Under the pieces are notes generated by a model, which had not been told where the DNA came from, searched no databases, and saw only the letters and a list, made by a program, of their open reading frames with translations. The position numbers and the translations under genes are program-made. Positions 10,101 through 22,403 of a stretch of DNA of 64,000 nt are shown in pieces (the first letter of the stretch is position 1; every line of letters starts with the position of its first letter). The DNA comes from Candidatus Latescibacterota bacterium (GTDB taxonomy: Bacteria; Krumholzibacteriota; Krumholzibacteriia; WVZY01; JAKEHA01), in assembly GCA_963707635.1 (NCBI GenBank), contig OY970173.1:2496001-2560000 (forward strand), given 5' to 3'.

Positions 10101-13100
10101 GCGCAGCTGCGCCAGCGTCTCCACCACGATCTGACCGTAACCCGTCGACGCAACCGTCGTCGCCGAGCCCGCCGTCTGCGAATTCGCCTCGATCCAGGGC
10201 ACGGTCGCGTCGATACGACGCGTGCCGGCCGTAGTCCCGGTGGTGTCGACTATAAAGAGCAGGCTGTCGACCGACCCGCCCTCGAGCACGGTACCTCCGC
10301 CCAGCAGCGCGGACGAGGCCACGAACGCCCATCCCGCCGGCGGGCCCGCAAAGGCGATCCCGGCGCTCGCCGCGGCGACATCGACGTCCGCGCCCCCGGT
10401 GTTCGCGAGCACGACCCGCACCGACCAGTCGGCTACCTGGCCCGCGGTCACGTCCGGTCGCGACGTGTGCGTCGCGACCACCGCCACCGCCGCCGGCGAC
10501 TGCACAACGACGCTCCCGCGCCCGCCGTCGAAGGTATTGTCGTTCACGATCGTGAGATGGTTCAGGTCGCGCCCTTCGACGCGCCCGCTGATCACGATGT
10601 TGCCGGTCCTCGTCCCGGTCTGGGTCACGAGAAACTCGATGGTGCCGGTCTCGAGGGAGTCCAGAATGTCGCTGGCGCCGCCTCTCATCACGGGCGGGCT
10701 GACCGTGTACGTGAGATCCGGCTGCGCGTCCGGCGCGATGAACGTGAGGAACGTCTCCGCCGGCGAAAGGTCGAGGTCGATGGGAGCGGCGCCGGTATTC
10801 ACGACCGTCATGGTCGCGGTCCAGTCCGCGGTCTGTCCGGCGGTGACGCTCGGCTGCGACACGACGATCTGCTGGATCGACAGCTGCGGCGGCACCTGAA
10901 CGGTGACACCGTTGGGCACGACTTCCGACTCGGTCATGTCGATCTCATTGGCGTTGTAGCCGAAGTCCACGTTGAAGGCGTAGGGGCCGAGCGGAATCCC
11001 CGATTCAACGACCTTGGGCTCGAACAGGAGTCTGACCGTCTCGCCGCCGCGAATCGAATCGGGGCTGCCGAGAGCCAGGAACGCGCTGAATTGGTTGGCC
11101 GCAAAATGGACGCGCGTCAGGCCGTGGTCGAGCACCGCCGTTGCCGCGTTGGGGTTCGCGTTCGCCACGTCGACCTCGAAGGGGACGACCGAGCCGCTCG
11201 TGACCCCGGACGGGTCTATGTCGACGACGGTCAGGTTCGGCGACGCCTGCACACGGATCGAGCCCGCGCCCGGCGACGACAGCACGCGGGTGCTGTTCGT
11301 CTCCACTGCCGACACGGAAATGTTGAGCGCCTTCACGCCGTAACTCGAAAACGTCCCGGTGTTGTTGGCGTGCGCGATCAATGTGCCCGAGCTGCCCCCC
11401 GCGAGAATGAGTCCACCCTCCTCCAGATCCGTCGGCTTTACGAACACCGTGGGGCCGCCATCGTCCTGGATGCCGATCGTGAACCCGGCTGGCAGCGTGA
11501 GGCGCGCGTCCGATTGTCCGGAGTTGTGCACCGCGACGGTCACGTCCCAACCGAACGCCGTGCCCGCGGTCACGGTGCTCTGCGACGGCGTGACCGAGTC
11601 GACGACGATGTCCGCCGGGGTCTGGAGCGTGATCGAGCCCGTCCCGCCGCTGCCCGTGTCGTCGATGACGATGGTCCCGGTATTGATCTCGCTGCCGGTC
11701 ACGGTCCCGCCGATGGTCGCCACGCCGGCGCCGCCCCCCGTCGTCGTGACCAGGAAGCGCAGCGTGTCGGTCTCTCCGCCGGTGAGCGTCGCGCCCGACG
11801 GCATGGTGGCGGGGTTGACCGCCCAGCCCGTCGTGCCCGGGAACGTGAGGAACGAGTTCGCCTGAAGCAGCGACACACCGACCGCCGCACCGCCGGTGTT
11901 GCGCACCGCCATCTTCACCGCGTACGACTTCGCCGTCTGTCCCACCGTCGCCGTGGTCTGCGCGGTGGTGATGCTCTCGATGCTCAGCGCACCCGGAAGC
12001 TGGAGGGCAAAGCTGCCGGTGCCGCCATCGCTGGTGTCGTCGGTGAGAATGTCGCTCGAATTGAGATCGGTGCCGCGCACGAACCCGTTGACGATGATCG
12101 TCCCGACGGTATTCCCGGCCCCCTGCATACTAAAGACGAGCGAGTCGATGGCGCCGCCGTTGAGTATGGTGTTGCCCGCGTCCTCGAGTGCGGTCGGCGA
12201 CACGATCGTGTACTCCGAAGTGACGGGGGCGCCCGTGCCCAGCACGTTCAGCCCGAGTTTCGTCACCGCCGGGTCGAGGTCGAGGTCGACCGCCGCCCCA
12301 CCCGTGTTCTGCACCACCATCGTCACCGTCCAGGGCACGGCCTGCCCCTGCGTCACCGTCGCGCGGCTCGATCGCACGCCCACGATACTCAAGCTGGGCG
12401 CGTTCTCAACCGTGATCGCGCCCCCAATCGGGATGGTGCGCGTGCCGGTGACGCCGTTTTGCGTCCAGTGCAACTCGAGCACCGCGTCGGCCTGACCTCC
12501 CGTCAGAATCCCAGCCCCCACCACGGCGCCCGTGAAGAGCAGCGTAACCTGCGCGTCGGCGGCCACGTCCACCGGGCTCGTCTGGGTCAGCCCCACGTTG
12601 AACTGGTTCGAACCGAAGCGCAGGCGCGACGTCGTGCGGTCGAGGGTCAGCGTCGCCCCGCTGGGCGTCACCGGGTTGCTCACGGTCACCGCGAAGGCGA
12701 CGGACGTCCCCTTCGACACGCTCCCCGGCGCCAGCGACACGTAGGCGGCATCCGGCGCCTGCTGGACGGTCACGCTGCCCGTGTCGAAATCGTTTCGCGC
12801 CACCCCCGAGTTGAGCTCGGTGCCGTCGACGTCGATAGTGATTGTTTTCGACCCGAACGAGCTGTATGCGCCCGCGGTGGTGAGCGGGATCAGGAGCTGA
12901 TCGGTTTCGCCCCCGGAGAGCAGCGTGCCGCCACCGACGAGCGAGGCCGGCACAATGTACGCGGGCGGGGTAGTCGCATTCTGGAAGACGACGCTGACCG
13001 CCGCCCCGAGATCCAGGTCGACATCCGACTGGCCGGTGTTGGTGAGTGTCGCGACGACCGCCCACGGCACACTGGTCCCGCTCGTGATCGTCGTCCGCGA

Positions 13101-16100
13101 CGGCGTGATACCCGACACGGCGATCAAGCCCTGCGACTGCACGAGCACGCTTCCCAGCCCCGAAGACGAGACGGACAGCGCGCGCGCACTGTTGCTCTCC
13201 ACACCCGCGGTGGCCACGTCGACCATGGTCGGCCCGGTCACGCTGCCCGACTGCGTCACGTCGAACACCATCGTGTCCACTTCGCCTCCGGAGAGCACCG
13301 TCCCGCCGCCCACGAGCGCGGGCCGCACAGTGGATACCCAGCCGGCCGCCGGCGAGAACACGAGCCGCGACGTGGGTCCGGCGAGCGTGAGCACGACGTC
13401 GCTCCCGCCGGTGTTACGCACCGCGGCGCGCACCTGGAACGTCTTGCTCATCCCCTGCGTCACCTTCGGCTGCGACGGAATCACGGCGTTGAACGTGACC
13501 GCCGCCGGAGACTGGACCAGCAGGTTGCCCTTGCCGCCGAGGTTGGTGTCGGCGAACAGCGGCTGGCTGGTGTTGACGTCCTCGACCTCGAGCGCGCCCT
13601 CGATGGTCATGTTCCCGACCGTGGTCGCGTTGCCGGTGTTGTCCGAGACGTTGAACACCACCGTGTCGACGTCGCTGCCGGTGAGCAGCGTCCCTCCGGA
13701 AAAGGCCGCCGGGGTGGAGACCACGAATTGATTGGTACGGTCGACGCCGGCGTGGATGAAGCGCAGCGTCGCGGCCGTGAAGGTGACGTTCGCCCCGCCG
13801 TTGTTGGCCACCACCATGCGCACCTTGATGGGCTTGCCCTGGTCCTGGGTGAACAGCGGCTGCGACGGGATCATGGAGAGGATGGCGATGTTCGGCGCGT
13901 CCTGGACCAGCACGTTGTCCGCGACTGTGATCAGCTGGCCGAAGGGGAGGCCGTTTTCGAAGCCATTCAACTGGACCTGCGGGACATATGACGCGCTCGC
14001 GATGGATCCGCTGACGGACGTGCCCAGGAATTGCAGCGTGGTGGTACCGGGCGGCAGCGACGTCGGACCCGACGGGTTGAGCGCCGCGGTGAAGGCGCCG
14101 GCGGCGAACCGGATCGTGGTCGTCGCCGGGGAGAGGTTCACGGTGGCAAGGCCGGTGTTCACGAGCTGGACGGTGAACGCGACCGTCGCGGTCTTGCTCA
14201 CCTGGTCCGGGTCCAGCGCGTCGCCGGCCGCCGACGCCACACTCGCCGGCGTCACGACCGACACCGGGCTGCCGGTGAGCAATACGGGCGGCCAGGTGGA
14301 TGGCGCGCCGTTCTCGGTGCCGTGGGCGTCGAGCGTCACCGGATACGAACCGGGCGTGAACGTCCCCGGCACCGCCCGCGGCCGGAACGTCATGGTCTGC
14401 ATCGCGTTCCCGCCGGCGATCGCGTAGTTCTGCGTGGGCGACGCGCTGAACGTGCGCACGCCATCGGTGAAGGTAAGGCGCGTCGTCGTGGAATCCAGGA
14501 ACGCGAGCCCGCCGCCGGTGTTCCGTATCGTCGCCTGGAATGCGTAGATCTTGCCGCGAGAGGCGACCACCGGCGTCAACGTGGACGGCTCATAGGCCAG
14601 GATGGCCGCGGCCACGACTTCAACGGTCGCGCGCGGGTAAGGCGCCACCGCCAGGTCGACCACGGACTGTCCCCCCACGGTGCCGGTCGCAGCAGCATCG
14701 ATGCTGTAGAAACCCAGCGTCGCTCCGGTCTGTACGGTCACCGGGACGTTGAACACGCCGGATGCGCCCGGGCCGAGCGCGAGCCCCAGCTCGGGAGCAT
14801 TGCCGACGATGAACAGACCGGCGGGAATGAAGGTCAAGTCGATGTCGTTGATGGTCGTGCTCTGGGCCCCGTCGTTCTTGACCGTGACGGCGATGCTCGT
14901 CCCATAGCCCCGGCTCACCTGCCCCGACGCCGGCACGATGCCAGTGATTTCGATGTTGGTGACGAGCAGCGAGAGCGCGGGGAGGCTGCAGGCCACGTTG
15001 ACGGGCGCGGTATTCGCGTCCGCGCCGATGAGCGTCGCCGTCGGCGCGTACTGGGCGGTCAGGAAGGCCGGGTCGATGGCGGCCGACGCGAAGGCGAGGA
15101 TCGCGTTGCCGCTGCCCGGCACCAGCTGCTGCGCGGCCAGATTGGCCGAGTAGCTGTGGGTCCCGTCCGTGAACGAAAACGTGGTCGCGGTCGTCAGGTT
15201 GACCGACGTCGGCGACGAGTTATTGACCACCACGCTGAACGCGACCGAACTCCCCGGCACCACGATGGCCGGTGTGGGCGGGGTGTTGCACACCAGCACG
15301 GGCGGCGGCGCGAACGTGATATCGATGGTCCCGCTCGCCGTCCCGGTGGCGCTGGTCATCGTCACCGTCGACACGCCCACCGTGGTGGACGAACGCAGGT
15401 CGAACGTGATGGTGCCATTCGCCGCGATCGTCTTCGGGCTTCCACCCACGATGAAGCCGCCGAGGTTGGCCGACACGTTCACCGACAGCCCCGCCGTTAC
15501 CTGGTTGGCAAACGCGTCTCGAATGACGCCGCTGGTGATGGTCGTGGTCGAGGTGCCGTTGGCCGTGATCGTGGTGCGGGTCGCGGTCGCCGTGATTGCC
15601 CCGGCGGGTGCGGCGGGAACGACCGTCACCGCTTCACCCAGCCCCGTCACCGAGGGGTTGCCGACGGTGGCGGCGCGCACCTGGTAGGTCTGCACCTGGG
15701 TCGCGGTGACGGTCGTGACCGCGACGCCGTTGGACAGAGTCAGCGGGTTGGTGCCGAACACCAGACCGACGCCGGGATCCCCGGAGAGTGCGACCTGCGT
15801 CGCGTCGTCGTCGACGGGGTTGTTGTTGATGTCGTATGCCGTGATGGTGGCGTTCTTCGAAACCCCCGCCGTCGTCGACGACGCATTCATGACGACGGTG
15901 TAGTAGGCGATTCCGCCCGCGACCGTGGTGACGTTGAAGGTCACGCGCTCGCGTGCGGCCGGGGTGCCGTCCAGAATCGTCGCGGCCACCGTGCTAGGCC
16001 CCGCGGTGGTGGACGTGTGCAGACGCGCGACCGCGCGGCCGTTGGCCGCCGACGCGGCGATACCATCCGTCGAGTCGCCCACCGAATCGCGCAGGAACCC

Positions 16101-19100
16101 GCTCGGCGCCGGCGACGACTGGACGAGATACCTCACCGCCTGGCCCGCGACCGGGTTGCCCCACTGGTCGCGCACTTCCGTGCGCAGCGGTTGAGTCACC
16201 CCCACCGGTATCGACGGTGGGCTCGATCCGGCCACGTAGACCACGCGATACGCGGGGCCGTTGGTGACGGTCACTGTCGGGCTGATCCCGGTGGGACCGC
16301 CGCCCTGCGTCTGCGCCCCGACGGTGAACGTCTCCGCGACGGTGTCGCGCACGGTGGTCACGAACTGACCGGCGGCGAGCGTGCCCGAGACCGCGCCCAG
16401 GGTGGCATTCCCGGTGTGCAACACGTCGATAACGGTCGAGTTGTCCTGTGTCCGGTAGTTGTTGTTGGCGTCGCGCGCCTTGATGGTCACCGAGGTCACC
16501 TGGTTGGCGACGAGCGCCGTCGACCCGGTCGTTATCTCGTAGCTCGCGATCGGACCCGCGACCGTACTCACCGTGAAGTTCACCGTCTCCAGGGCCGGCG
16601 GCGCCCCGTCGAGAATGGTCGCGCGCACCAGGTTGGTCCCCGATCACGGTCCCGGTGGTCAGCGTCGTCGACACGTCTCCGGCCGCGTTGGTCGTCCCCG
16701 ACGGCGGTGCCGGCGACCCGCCGCCCTGGGTGACCGCGAACGACACCAGCTGGCCGACGACCGGATTGCCGAACGGATCGAGCACGCGCGCCGTCAAGAG
16801 CCGCGTCGCCCCCGCCACGATCCCGCTCCCATCGCCCGCCACGTTGGTCACGCGGTAGGCGGCGGCGGGTTTGATCTTTACAATGTTGGAGTAGCCTTCG
16901 AAGCTGCCGGCGTCCCGCGCCCGCACGCGCATCAGCTCGGCCACGGTGTACGATTCGTTGACCACCACCGCGCCCGCCACCAGCGTCGCCTGCGTGACCG
17001 ACAGCGGATTCCCGGTGGGGGTCGTCGTGACGTCGTCGACCGCGGTGAGCGTCACCGAGTTGCCCGCCGACGTCACCTTGTTGTTGAAGGCGTCGCGCGC
17101 CTCGATCGAGACGTTGAACGCCGCGCCCGCGATCGCGCTGTCGGCGGCGATCACCGCATAGCTCGCCACCACGCCGGTGTGGGTGACGGTCACGACTCGC
17201 TAGGTCGCCGGTGAGCCCCGCGGCTGCCGCCGCGATATCCCAGCCCCCAGCCGTCGGTCCGCGGCCGTAGACCGTCCGCGAGCCGCCGATCAGGTTGAAC
17301 GTGGTCGTGCCGACGCCGAAGTCGGTGAGGCTGAAGACCAGCGAGCTGCCCGCCTCCGGCGTCAGCGTCACCAGGCTGGTGTTGCCCGTGTCGAGGTTGT
17401 CGCTGCCGTCCAGCGCCTCCACCTTGAACGAAAACGGACTGCCCCGCCGGCGCCGTGCTGGCCGACAGGAACGTGATCTTCAGGTGGGTCGCGCCGCTCG
17501 AGACGGTGTTCACCGCGAACGTCACGCGTTCGCGCGCGAGCGGCGAGCCGTCGAGAATCTGCGCGTTCACCTGGTTCGTCCCCGCGGTCAGCGCGGTGTG
17601 GTAGGTCACGAGCCCGCGCCCGGAGCCGTTGGTGACGACGATGCCGTCGTTGGGATCGCCGTCGGTGTCGGTGAACGACGGTGTGCCGTCCGGCGCCGAC
17701 GCCACGGAGAAGGTGGCGAGCGCGCCGGGGACCGGGTTGCCGTAGAGGTCGCGGACCTCCACCTCCAGCGGGCGCGTCGTCCCCGCGGTGACCCCGCTTC
17801 CGTCGCCGCTGATCTTCACCACGCGGTAGGTGCCCGCGTTGGAAACCGAGACGACCGCGCTGGTGCCGCTCGGCGGTCCCCCGCCCGACTTCTCGGCGGT
17901 GATGGTGAACGTCTGCACGACCGTGTCCCGCACGGTGGTGGCGAACACGCCGTTGGTCAGCACCCCGGTCGCGGCCCCGAACTGCGCGCTGCCGGTCGAC
18001 GAGAGCGTGACCGACGTCGTATTGTCCAGCGTGACGACGTTGTTGCCCGCGTCGTAGGCGGTGATCGTGAGCGGCACCGTCTCGCCCGCGAGCAGCGAGG
18101 TCTGCTGCGGCACCACCGTGAAGTAGGCGATGCCGCCGGCCACGGTCTGTCACGCTGAACTCGACCAGCTCGTCGCTGGGAGGAACGCCGTCGAGGATGG
18201 TCGCGCGCACGCGGTTGTCGCCGGCGACGAGACCGGTGGTGAGCGTGGTGGCGGCGGTCCCGCTCCCGTTGCGTGGCGATCGACGCCGGCAGCACCGACC
18301 CGCCACCCTGGAACGCGACGAATGACACCTGCTCCCCCGCGACCGGGTTGTCGTAGGCGTCGAGCACCTGCGCGGTGAGCACGCGGGTCGCGCCGGCCGC
18401 GACGCCGATGGCGTCGCCGGACACCTTGGCGATGCGCTTGGCGGCCGCGGCGGAAACCGTGACGATGCCGCTCGTCCCTTCCTTGCTCCCCGCGTCGCTG
18501 ACCTTGACGCGGATCGCTTCGGCCTTGGTGTACGACTCACCGACCGTCGCCTGACCGCCAGCCAGGGTCGCACCGGTAACGAGCAGCGTCGACTGGGCGG
18601 GCCCGGGATTGATGTCGTCGATCGCGGCCAGCGTGATCCCGTTCGACGCTCCCACCACCCGGTTGTTGTACTCGTCGCGCGCTTCGATCGAGACGTTGAA
18701 GGTCGCCCCGGCCACGACACTCGCGACGGTAGACACGGCGTAGTCGTCGACGAGGCCGGTGTCGGTGACGATCAAGGGTTCGGTATCCGCGCCCAGTCCG
18801 CCGCCGCTGGTGGTGACATCCCAGTTCCCCGCCAGCGTGCCGAGCGTGTAGACCGTGCGCGCGCCGGAGGCGAGTGTGACCTGGGTGACGGTCGCGCCGA
18901 AATCGGTGAGGCTGAATTGCAGCCCGCTGCCCGCTTCCGGGGTCAGCGTGACGATGGCCGCGTTGCCGGTGTCGACGTTGCCGGTGCCGTCGACGGCCTC
19001 GACCAGAAACTGTACGCTCTGCCCCGCGGGCCGGGTCGAGGGTCCGACGAAGGTGATGCGCAGATTGGTGGCGCCGCTCGCGGTGGTGGTGTAGGTCACG

Positions 19101-21668
19101 TCGCCGACCGACACTTGCGCCACGTTGGCAGTGAACGCGTCGAGCACGTCCGCCAGACGCCGCGCCGGGCGGCGCCTGATAGCGCACCGTGATGCGGCCG
19201 TGGCGTCGGAGTTCCCGCAGCGCGCGGTGGGTTGAGGTGGTGGTCGGGTTGCGGGTCGACCGGGTCTCGGATACCAGCGACCCGTCGGCCGCGTTCTTGA
19301 TGAAAATGTCGACGCGCTCGCCGCTCTTGACGTTGCCGAACGCGTCGGTGAGCGTCGCCGTCACCACTTCGAACGAACTCACCGTGACGCTCTTGCTGCC
19401 CGGCGTGATCACGAGGTTGGCGCCCGGGCCTGCCGTGCCCGTGGCCGTGAAGTCGACGCTGGGCGTGCTTCCGCTCGCGATCAGCGCGCGCAGGCGGTTG
19501 AGCCCCACGATCGTGCCCAGGCGCCAGACATCGCAGTCGATGGTTCCGTCGGCGATGGTGACGCCGGTGCTGTCGACGCCGCCTCCGGCGACCACATCCA
19601 CGGTGCCTCCGCCACCGACGGCGCGAAACGTGACGGTGGCGCCGGAGACGAGGTTATCGAAGGCGTCGCGCACGCGCACCTTCGGCAACACCGCGACCGG
19701 CGTGTTGACCGCCGCCGACTGTCCTGCGCCGGCGACGAGTTCCACCTTGTCCGCGCCGCCGCTGGACACGGTGATGACTTGCGACTGGCCGCTGGCGGCG
19801 CCCTGCACCGCGTTCAACTGAAACAACTCGGCGCGCGTATCGGTGACGCGAAGCGGCGCGACACCGTTGTCACCGGGAGCGAACGTATACGTCGCGTCGT
19901 CGCCTGAGAGATTGACGAGTGTTCCCTGCGCGAGCGGTGCCGCCCACTCGACCACACCATTGCCCACGCCGCCGCTCGTCGTCGAGAGATTCACGGTGCC
20001 GGTGTAGCTGGTGACGACGTGGCCCTGTGCGTCGAGCGCGGTGAGCGTGACCGGCTTGATGGTCCCCGCGATTGCGTTCCCGTCGGGCATCGACCACTGG
20101 AAGCTCGCGATCCCGCCCGCGGTGAAGTTCACCACCGCGGAGTCGGTTACCGCGGTGGCGCCGATCACCGCCTTGACGGTGCGCGTGCCGACGATGGTGG
20201 TCGCCAGGGTTCCTGTCGCCTGACCGCTCCCGTTGGTGACCCCGCCCGGCTGGGTCAGCGTGGCGCCGGCGGCCGGGATGGCGGAGAGCGTCACCGACTG
20301 GCCGGAGACCGGGTTGTTGTTCGCGTCCCGGGCCGTGACCGTGATGGTGCTGGTGGAGGTGCCGTTCGCCGTCACCGGGGTGGTTGCCGCGACCAGGCTC
20401 GCGCCCCCGCTCACCGGTCCCGGCTGGAACGTGACCTGCGCCGTCGGCGTGAGCGCCTGTCCGTTGATGGTCGCCGAGACCGTCACCAGCTGCGCCGTCG
20501 TGTTCGTCACCGACCCGATCGCGCGCCCGTCGGCGCCGGTGGCGCTGCCCGGGTCGGCCTTGTTGGCGTTGCCGGTCACCGCCAGCACGACCGTGTCGCC
20601 CGCCCGCGGGTTGGCAAACGCGTCTCTCGAGGTCACGGTGACGGTGCTCTGGCTGGTGCCGTTGGCGATGACCGGGCCGGTCGCGGAAATGGTCGACACC
20701 GTCGTGCTCAACGGGCCGGGTAGCACGGAGACGGTGGCCACACCGCCGAGCACCGGCGATCCGGAGGTGGTGAGCATGGTGAGCGAATGAGGTGTCCCGG
20801 TCGTCGCGAGTGTCGCCCGGTAGTCGACGCGCACCGAACTCTGCCCGGTGGAGATCACGATGCTCGTAATCGGCGTCGAGTGATTCCCGGGCGAGTAGTA
20901 CGAGCCGTGGGTCGAAAACAAGCCGATGGTGCGATTCGCCGGCACCGCGGTGCGGTTGCCGAAGGCGTCGCGCACGACGATCCGGTACGCGGCGAAGTCG
21001 CCCGCGGTCATGGTGGTGTCGCCGGGAGCCGGATCCAGCGACGACGGGGCGCCCGCGACGACCGTCAGCTGCGGTGAGGTCGCGATGGAGACCGGGGACG
21101 CGCCCGCCGGGTCGGACGCCACCAGAAAGACGTGCACGCCGGTCGCCGTCGCGGCACTCGCCCGCGCGACGGCGCCGCCGGCGTCGTCGCCGTAAATGAG
21201 CGTGAGTGTGTTGCCGGCCGTCAACGTATCGACGTCAATCGTGACGACCTGGCCCCCCACCGTGAGCAGCGGGTTGCCCGTGGGCTCGTTGGTGCCAATG
21301 CTAACGAACGCCTCGGAGGTGGAAGACGAGGTCTGGGGCGCGCTCCATCCGGAGGGAATCGTCACGCGCACGGTGCCGTCGGTGATCGTCTCGGCCGCCG
21401 TGTAGACGATGGTCCACTTTCCGGCCGCACCTGCGGGAACCGATGCCGGCGGCGATATCGTCGCCGTCCCGCTGCCGGGGCCGGCCAGCGCAGGAACAGC
21501 GGCCGCGACCCACGCCATCGAGAGCCCCGCCGCGAGTCCCCGAGAGCACGCGCGGGTGGCGCTGCGACGGGGTCCCCGCCGCGCGGAGCCGGCGGGGTGG
21601 CGCGGCGACAGGACCCGCGCTAGCGGCGACAGGCCCCGCGAAGCTGCTGCGAAAACAGGCATGCTCAT
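7098..21668 (-). CDS. Giant (~4,850 aa) Ig-repeat surface protein/adhesin with C-terminal FlgD-Ig/T9SS sorting domain; frame broken by several indels at 16.6-19.3 kb
   Basis: Seven consecutive minus-strand ORF pieces carry continuous T/V/G/A/S-rich Ig-like sequence: 18537-21773, 17957-19147, 17368-18720, 17190-18143, 16580-17422, 15994-17193 and 7098-16628. Big_1/invasin-like repeats (ANGTSTSTITVTARDANNNPVSG). Signal-peptide-like AWVAAAVPALA|G. C-terminus NYPNPF...WDGRN...GVY...IAVAK. Start uncertain. Confidence 0.8.
15920..19078 (-). repeat. Tandem ~526-aa (~1.58 kb) internal duplication within the giant gene
   Basis: SGATNLRITF...VTLTPEAGSGLQFSLTDFG (19078) recurs as SGATHLKITF...VTLTPEAGSSLVFSLTDFG (17498). 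Both units end in ERVTF.V.TV. Offset is 1580 nt including 2 indels. Confidence 0.8.
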
Positions 21669-21740
21669 TTTTCGAACGGGCGTGCTCGACTTCCTGGGAC
21701 GGCGGCCGGCTGGACCGGGCGGAGAACCCATATCGACGCG

Positions 21741-21756
21741 TGCAACTCCCATGCCC
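21741..21756 (-). promoter_or_regulatory. Candidate sigma-54 (-24/-12) promoter of the giant-adhesin operon
   Basis: Minus strand GGGCAT-GGGAG-TTGCA versus consensus TGGCAC-N5-TTGCA, about 70 nt upstream of the probable start. Confidence 0.45.
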
Positions 21757-21853
21757 CACCAGCGGTTCCCCATTTCGGGGCATGACTACCCCGGGCTGGA
21801 GTCGGACTCAATCGGCGGGAACTCCAGCACCGACGCGAGCCGGGATTCCCGGG

Positions 21854-21882
21854 ATGGTAGCAGCCGGAGGCGGAATAGGCAA
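21854..21882 (-). promoter_or_regulatory. Alternative sigma-70-type promoter for the giant-adhesin operon
   Basis: TTGCCT-17-TACCAT with a TG extended -10 on the minus strand. Confidence 0.4.
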
Positions 21883-22022
21883 TCCCCGCAAGGGATTAGC
21901 CGGGACGACGGGGAACTGGCGGGAAGGGTGCCAGGGGGCGACCCGACACGGGTCGCTTGACCCAGGCGGCCGGGGCCAGGCCAACGGTTCGTGGCGGGGT
22001 GGACGGGCGGTTTGCCCCGTCG

Positions 22023-22403
22023 TCAGGGGGCAATGGCGAGCACTTTCACGATCGAGTTCCGGCTGTTGAACCCGTCGGGTTCCGACAGCGGGTTGGCGGG
22101 ATCCGGGACCCAGTTCTTCCCGTCCACCACGAACTTGTACGCGTACGTTCCCGGCGACAGCGGGTAGTAGAGCGTCCACTCGCCGTCGGAGTTGTCATCC
22201 GCCATCGGATCGGCCGTCGGCGACCAGTCGTTGAAGTCGCCGACGACACAGACCTTCTTCGCGTCGGGATTGCGATAACGAAACAGCACTCCGCCTTCGA
22301 CCAGTTGCGGGCCGGCCGCCGGGGTCGGCGGCGGCGGTCCCCCGCACCCCGTACACAGGACAGCAACGAGGACCGCGGTCCCAACCCGGCGACGTGTCAT
22401 CAT
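22023..22403 (-). CDS. Lipoprotein with CBM48/AMPK-type glycogen-binding domain
   Basis: MMTRRRVGTAVLVAVLCTGC lipobox. VCVVGDFNDW...PGTYAYKFVVDG.NW..DP.NP. Confidence 0.85.
   Translation of the reverse strand: MMTRRRVGTAVLVAVLCTGCGGPPPPTPAAGPQLVEGGVLFRYRNPDAKKVCVVGDFNDWSPTADPMADDNSDGEWTLYYPLSPGTYAYKFVVDGKNWVPDPANPLSEPDGFNSRNSIVKVLAIAP

Noticed and set aside
16630..19275. Programmed frameshifting or SSR phase variation in the giant gene
   Set aside because: At least six shifts would be needed, there are no slippery heptamers or long repeats, and the pattern fits sequencing insertions.
15994..21773. Six separate small Ig-domain genes
   Set aside because: The fragments join seamlessly, and only the first has a signal peptide.
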